Assembly (NCBI GenBank): GCA_903860135.1
Contig: CAIOPG010000008.1
Location: forward strand, 64,127 to 128,126
Length of the DNA: 64,000 bases
Origin: Candidatus Omnitrophota bacterium
Lineage (GTDB): Bacteria; Omnitrophota; Gorgyraeia; Zapsychrales; Fredricksoniimonadaceae
Direction: 5' to 3'
Position numbers and translations under genes: made by a program. The notes below the pieces were generated by a model. The model did no database searches. It saw only the letters and a program-made list of their open reading frames with translations, and was not told the DNA's origin. Positions 59,807 to 64,000 of this stretch are shown piece after piece. Numbering within the stretch: the stretch's first letter is position 1; each line of letters opens with the position of its first letter.

Positions 59807-60468
59807 CGCCGGACCACCATATAAATCCGCCCTTTCATCCGCGGGCCAAGCGTATCTTCCTCTGCCGCCACCGCCAGCAGGCCGGGATACGTTATCCGCT
59901 GCAACGGCAGTATGACCGGCGCATCCGTCACATTCTCAGCGGCGAGCACATACCCGGCGACCATGGGCCATTCATCGCTCCATAAAAGAACCAGCCTGAG
60001 CTGGGCATCCTCAAAAACCACCTGCCCGCCGTTGTGCCGCACAACCCCCTCCGGCTGACGCTCCTGCATCAAGGCCCGCATGGCCGCCATGACCGGATCC
60101 GTTCCCGCCGCTGGCCCTGCCGGCACGCGGCAATCCGCGATCGTCACCTTGTCATCGACCCCCTCACCAAAAACATACCTGACCCGGTGCGAACGCCCAT
60201 TGCTATCGAGGATGGTGATGCCCGCCGGCGCGGCTGTAAGCGGCGTCAGAAAAAGATGCCCCGCCGCGTGCTCCACCTTCACCGTTGCCGGATCACCCCA
60301 GCGCACAAGATCGGATATCCCATCCTCCATATAAATATCGACCATCTTGCCGACCTCCACCCGCACCGCTGTATCAGCCCCGGCGCAGATACGTTTTTCC
60401 GCCGCCGCGCCGCCCACCCCGCCGAGCAGGATCAGCCCTGCCACCAGACAATGCTCAACTCGGATCAT
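59803..60468 (-). CDS. traK: TraK/VirB9-like core-complex protein
   Basis: Signal peptide; two beta domains; LLAVAAEEDTLGP..GRIYMV C-terminus typical of TraK; synteny. Confidence 0.7.
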   Translation of the reverse strand: MIRVEHCLVAGLILLGGVGGAAAEKRICAGADTAVRVEVGKMVDIYMEDGISDLVRWGDPATVKVEHAAGHLFLTPLTAAPAGITILDSNGRSHRVRYVFGEGVDDKVTIADCRVPAGPAAGTDPVMAAMRALMQERQPEGVVRHNGGQVVFEDAQLRLVLLWSDEWPMVAGYVLAAENVTDAPVILPLQRITYPGLLAVAAEEDTLGPRMKGRIYMVVRR

Positions 60469-61078
60469 GGCTGGCCTTCTCTTTCCTGACATCCTCGACC
60501 GCAAGCCCGTAAGGATTGCGCGTCGTTGGCGTGATCCGCCGGACAGCCACCGTGAAACGCACGGCTTCACCTGACATTTCTTCCTTGCCCATGTAGATCC
60601 GGCGCTCGCCCTCAAAAACAACCGTAAAACCCACCGCTTGCGCCTCACACTGCGGCACGCCTTTCAGCGTGAATACCGACGACAATCTGTCGCGGGCGAT
60701 CTTTTCAAGCTCGGCCTTCAACCCCGCCTGGATCCTGGCCGTGAACCCGGGCATGACCAGGGTGAGCGCCCGCTGATAAACGCTTTCGGCGGTGTCGGGG
60801 GTATAATTCATCCAGTCCAGGATCCAGGCCGCCGTGAAACTGCTCACCGACGGCAAAGGCACCTGTCCCGGGTAGGATAGTCCCGCCGCGGGCATGGCCG
60901 GAATATAATGAATAGGCTTGGGGCGCAGGGCTGTCATCACCAGGGCCGCCGCCAGCACCACACTGACCAACCCCAAAACAAAAACAGCCCCTGCCAGCAC
61001 CGCGCGCTGTTGTTCCGCCTGGGCGTAGCGTTCAAAATACAGGGAACTTTTGGATCTCACCGCCTTCTCCTGACTCAT
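60455..61078 (-). CDS. traE: TraE/VirB8-like inner membrane protein
   Basis: Single TM, WMNYTPDT, NPYGLAV; between traL and traK. Confidence 0.75.
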   Translation of the reverse strand: MSQEKAVRSKSSLYFERYAQAEQQRAVLAGAVFVLGLVSVVLAAALVMTALRPKPIHYIPAMPAAGLSYPGQVPLPSVSSFTAAWILDWMNYTPDTAESVYQRALTLVMPGFTARIQAGLKAELEKIARDRLSSVFTLKGVPQCEAQAVGFTVVFEGERRIYMGKEEMSGEAVRFTVAVRRITPTTRNPYGLAVEDVRKEKASHDPS

Positions 61079-61368
61079 GCCGCCTCCTTAAGGAATGCCC
61101 CGTAACGTTCTCCGTGCGCAGGTACCGGCGGCAAAAGTCCAGGCAGTGGTACGCCTGCCCGGTACAAGGCATGCGCCACATACCCTTCTGGCTTGCCCCG
61201 CTTGAAGGCGACGAGCGCCGGCCAGACCGCAAAGATCAGGATCAACGGGATCGCCGGAGAGATCAGGATCGCCGGCACCCCGAACAAGAGCATCAGCACC
61301 GCGATATCCTCCCCTTCGAGCCCGAGGATCAGCAAAGGCTTGTCAATGGTCTTGGGGCAATGCCGCAT
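61075..61368 (-). CDS. traL: TraL/VirB3-like protein
   Basis: PKTIDKPLLILGLEGED..KRGKPEGYVAHALY.G. Confidence 0.8.
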   Translation of the reverse strand: MRHCPKTIDKPLLILGLEGEDIAVLMLLFGVPAILISPAIPLILIFAVWPALVAFKRGKPEGYVAHALYRAGVPLPGLLPPVPAHGERYGAFLKEAA

Positions 61369-61371
61369 CTG

Positions 61372-61686
61372 TCACCGCCCGAACACGTTTAAGATCTGCG
61401 GTAAAAAAACCAGGGCCAGCAAGGCGATCACACACCCCACCGCCGTGCCATAATCCCGGTTGATGATCTTCCATATACCGACGAGAAGCAGTACCAGCGC
61501 GATGATCTTGGCCACCGGCCCGGTCATGACCGTCACGATGAATTTCGACAGGTTGTCAAACTGTTGCTTTGTTTCATCTTCGATCCCGGATGCCTGGGCC
61601 CATGCCCGGGTGACCACCCCCATCACAACCACCGCCCCCGCACTCACGCGTAACAAGATCCGCTCCCCGACTTTGATATACCTCAT
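61372..61686 (-). CDS. conjugative-type pilin (TraA/VirB2/TrbC-like)
   Basis: Long leader ending AWA|Q, then two hydrophobic helices (GPVAKIIALVLLLVGIW..AVGCVIALLALVFLP). Confidence 0.75.
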   Translation of the reverse strand: MRYIKVGERILLRVSAGAVVVMGVVTRAWAQASGIEDETKQQFDNLSKFIVTVMTGPVAKIIALVLLLVGIWKIINRDYGTAVGCVIALLALVFLPQILNVFGR

Positions 61687-62906
61687 GCCTGCCCCCTTGT
61701 TGAATGGCATCTGTTGAGAACCAAAAGAAATACCCCCAGCCCTGCCAGCGGCAACACCAAGACCGCGGTCGCCGTTATCACATTCACCACCGGCGACAAC
61801 CACAGCGCCGTACTCCCCGGCATCGCCGGCAACAGGAACAATACCCCCGCCGCCTTGGCCGCCAAGACCCACAAGACTGTCCAGCCTTTCACCGCCAGCA
61901 ACAACCCCAGCCATAACGCCAGTGCCCCCGCCGCACGGCATAAGAGTGCCGCCACCATAACCACAGGCAAGGCCACCCATAAACACAGCAGGCACAATCC
62001 TTGCGCCGCAGGATAAAACCGCACGATCACCCAGGCAAAGGCATCGAGCACGCCCGGTGCCCCCGCTTCAACCGCGACCTGCTGGGGTGCCCCATAAGCA
62101 AAGCGCGTATACGCTTGCGGTCTCAACCGCATTTCCTGTTCGAGCAAGGCCTGCACCACCGCATCCTTGTCGATCACCGCGCCGTAAAACCGCTCGAACA
62201 TCCGGTCAAAGATCTTTTCCTGGTTCACACAACCATACAACGCATCACGTAACACGCCCCAGCGTGCCCGGGCGTCTTCCTTATACACAGCCACCACCCG
62301 CTTATCCCCCGGCCACAGGCCCACGGTCTCAACATCCAATCCGCGCACGGCTTTCCAGTAATCCTGCTGATAGAACCTGGCCGCGGCATCGCTCAACGCA
62401 CGATCCGTGATCCCCCGCCCGATGATCGCGCGCGTGATCAGCGACACCTTGACCGCCAGGAACGGACTCGCCAGATACCCCCGCGCACCGCCGCCCTTCC
62501 CCATCCGGTCAACGACCGCCGCCACGCCCGTGACCAGCGCGTCAACGCCCCGGCTGACCGCAAAGAAAACCGGATTAACCACCACCGCGTCATATCCACC
62601 CTTCTTTATCAGTTCCGCCGCGCTCAAGCCCTGATACCCGTTGCGTTCCATGGCTGACACAGGCGCCACGACCGTTGCCCGCGGCTGAACCCCCAGGAAC
62701 CACACCCCAAAGAAGGCAACCACAAACACCATAACCCCCTTAAAATTTCCCCTCTCTAACCCCCTGGCAAGCCCGAGGATAAAACCCAGCGCAAAAATAA
62801 CTTTCCCGCCGAGCGTCTCTACAAAAATAAACCGCATCAACGCCTGCGCCTCGTGCAAGCCCATCATTTCAAATGCCGCATCGACCGGTGTGATCCCCAA
62901 GATCAT
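61683..62906 (-). CDS. TraG N-terminal / VirB6-like polytopic membrane protein
   Basis: Several TMs, periplasmic loop, YPAAQGLCLLCLWVALPVV..LLAVKGWTVLW resembling TraG_N; first gene of the operon. Confidence 0.6.
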   Translation of the reverse strand: MILGITPVDAAFEMMGLHEAQALMRFIFVETLGGKVIFALGFILGLARGLERGNFKGVMVFVVAFFGVWFLGVQPRATVVAPVSAMERNGYQGLSAAELIKKGGYDAVVVNPVFFAVSRGVDALVTGVAAVVDRMGKGGGARGYLASPFLAVKVSLITRAIIGRGITDRALSDAAARFYQQDYWKAVRGLDVETVGLWPGDKRVVAVYKEDARARWGVLRDALYGCVNQEKIFDRMFERFYGAVIDKDAVVQALLEQEMRLRPQAYTRFAYGAPQQVAVEAGAPGVLDAFAWVIVRFYPAAQGLCLLCLWVALPVVMVAALLCRAAGALALWLGLLLAVKGWTVLWVLAAKAAGVLFLLPAMPGSTALWLSPVVNVITATAVLVLPLAGLGVFLLVLNRCHSTRGQA

Positions 62907-62943
62907 AACCCCTCTCTCCACGTGTACGCCCATCAACCAGAGA

Positions 62944-63012
62944 TTTGATTTATAATCAAAATATAAACCATCGTTGCACGAAAAGCAAGTTTTATTTTGA
63001 TATTACATCAAA
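62944..63012 (-). promoter_or_regulatory. sigma70-type promoter flanked by two TTTGAT-N5-ATCAAA operators
   Basis: Minus strand TTGCTT(62988-83)-N17-TATATT(62965-60); palindromes at 62944-62960 and 62996-63012. Confidence 0.65.
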
Positions 63013-63066
63013 ACAAACCCCAAGGAAAAACCCCGCTCGTCGGGGATAATAAAAAAGTATATGTTT

Positions 63067-63098
63067 AAAAAGCCCGCGCGATGACCCGCACGGGCTTT
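63067..63098 (-). terminator. intrinsic terminator after the polymorphic family gene
   Basis: aaagcccgcgcg-N6-cgcacgggcttt stem with a T run on the minus strand; same AAAGCCCG/CGGGCTTT arms as 6190-6217. Confidence 0.7.
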
Positions 63099-63124
63099 CA
63101 AGTACGTCCAATACCGCTACGCGC

Positions 63125-63964
63125 TTACGGCGTTATCAGGCCCTGCAACAGGCTGGCGCCGACAGGCTGTATGCTCAGGATCTCGGGCACAAGGCCGTCG
63201 ATCCGTATATTCTCCAGATTCTGCTGGCTCACCGGCAAAACCACCCCGGCCCCATCACGCTTGATCTGCATGTCAAGGTTCGACTGCGCAAAGTCGATAC
63301 CACCTTTTAAATCTTGACTATTATCATGGTTAGTCGTGAATTTGTTATGTTTATCCTGCTCAATAAGTTGTTTCGCTGTGTTACCTTTCAACATTCCCTC
63401 AATATAGGGCCTGACACGAAAATATTCATTCGAGTCTTTTTCAAAAATGGCCTTAAGTGCCACACCCACACGATAATTCAGACTATCTATCTGAACTGTT
63501 GGAAAATGATCCAAGAATGGCGTCATGCTGATAACATGCAACGCCATGGCGCGTCCATTCCCACGCTTAAAATCCTCTTCCATTGCTGTATTAAAACGAG
63601 CAAATATCCCATTTAAATAATTTTCAGTTATCGCGCTCGCCTGATCGACCTTAAAAGAAATAACAACAGGATTCATTTGAAAGTCTGGATTGCCTATAAC
63701 TTCTAAACTCTTAACATCCCAATTCATGGCATCAGCAAATATTTTCGTATAGTTTCTTACGTCGCCATTATCGACAAATGGCATCGATACCGTAATAACC
63801 TGTCGATCATTTGATGTTATTTTTATCCTTTTATAGATCGTTGCATTGATATTGTTAATATTCCTTTCATTTTCTAAGCTATGCTTTAGAATATAGATCG
63901 TTGCATTGATATTGTTAATATTCCTTTCATTTTCTAAGCTATGCTTTAGAATAAAAGCATGCAA
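63125..63964 (-). CDS. AT-rich cargo + GGIDF C-terminal tail of a third polymorphic family member (fragment or orphan module)
   Basis: GGIDFAQSNLDMQIKRDGAG..NIRIDGLVPEILSIQP; in-frame TAA at 63980-63982 upstream. Confidence 0.7.
   Translation of the reverse strand: MHAFILKHSLENERNINNINATIYILKHSLENERNINNINATIYKRIKITSNDRQVITVSMPFVDNGDVRNYTKIFADAMNWDVKSLEVIGNPDFQMNPVVISFKVDQASAITENYLNGIFARFNTAMEEDFKRGNGRAMALHVISMTPFLDHFPTVQIDSLNYRVGVALKAIFEKDSNEYFRVRPYIEGMLKGNTAKQLIEQDKHNKFTTNHDNSQDLKGGIDFAQSNLDMQIKRDGAGVVLPVSQQNLENIRIDGLVPEILSIQPVGASLLQGLITP
63832..63953. repeat. perfect 60-bp in-frame tandem duplication
   Basis: ILKHSLENERNINNINATIY encoded twice by identical DNA. Confidence 0.9.
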
Positions 63965-64000
63965 AATGATGGGCGAAAGTTATCCAGAGAAGTTCAGGAA

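Noticed and set aside
45346-62906. Calling the tra cluster an ICE or integrated plasmid
   Set aside because: No integrase, relaxase, coupling protein, replication gene or att repeats seen, and composition is host-like; cannot be fully excluded beyond the window edge
62944-63012. FNR binding sites
   Set aside because: Spacer is 5 nt in both copies, whereas FNR/CRP boxes need TTGAT-N4-ATCAA
63832-63953. CRISPR array (also considered for 18856-18882 and the 88-bp repeats)
   Set aside because: No repeat-spacer alternation and no cas genes

Overview
Bacterial chromosomal window, mostly GC-rich, with nearly all genes on the minus strand. Gene content and a characteristic repeated secreted-protein family suggest Candidatus Omnitrophota (OP3); this is an inference. 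The housekeeping backbone includes accD, a CIRCE-regulated heat-shock region (clpB, hrcA-grpE-dnaK-dnaJ), hflX, miaA, cca, nrdR, glyA, rpiB, a tsaC/phosphatase fusion, purBCL-LOG-purQMDE, a polyprenyl synthase, ydbH/ynbE/ydbL-like genes and hemW. It is interrupted by three small AT-richer islets of toxin-antitoxin modules and gene stubs. Two linked features stand out. (1) A ~17.6 kb tightly coupled operon (45346-62906) in which a type IV pilus/T2SS-like module (secretin, PilM/O/P-like, PilB ATPase, PilC, three pilins, one fused to a phage tail-collar domain) sits between traC and traU of an F-like type IV secretion gene set (traG-like, pilin, traL, E, K, B, V, C, U, H-like). No relaxase, coupling protein or integrase is seen in the window. 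(2) Three members of a polymorphic secreted-protein family: a conserved GC-rich N-terminal domain (present in two copies) and a conserved 'GGID(F/L)' C-terminal tail (all three) bracket unrelated AT-rich cargo segments, and one copy lies directly upstream of that operon. Together they suggest a domesticated hybrid T4P-T4SS contact/effector-delivery system with swappable cargo (hypothesis). No rRNA, tRNA or CRISPR array was seen. Family assignments come from motif recognition by eye; no database searches were run.
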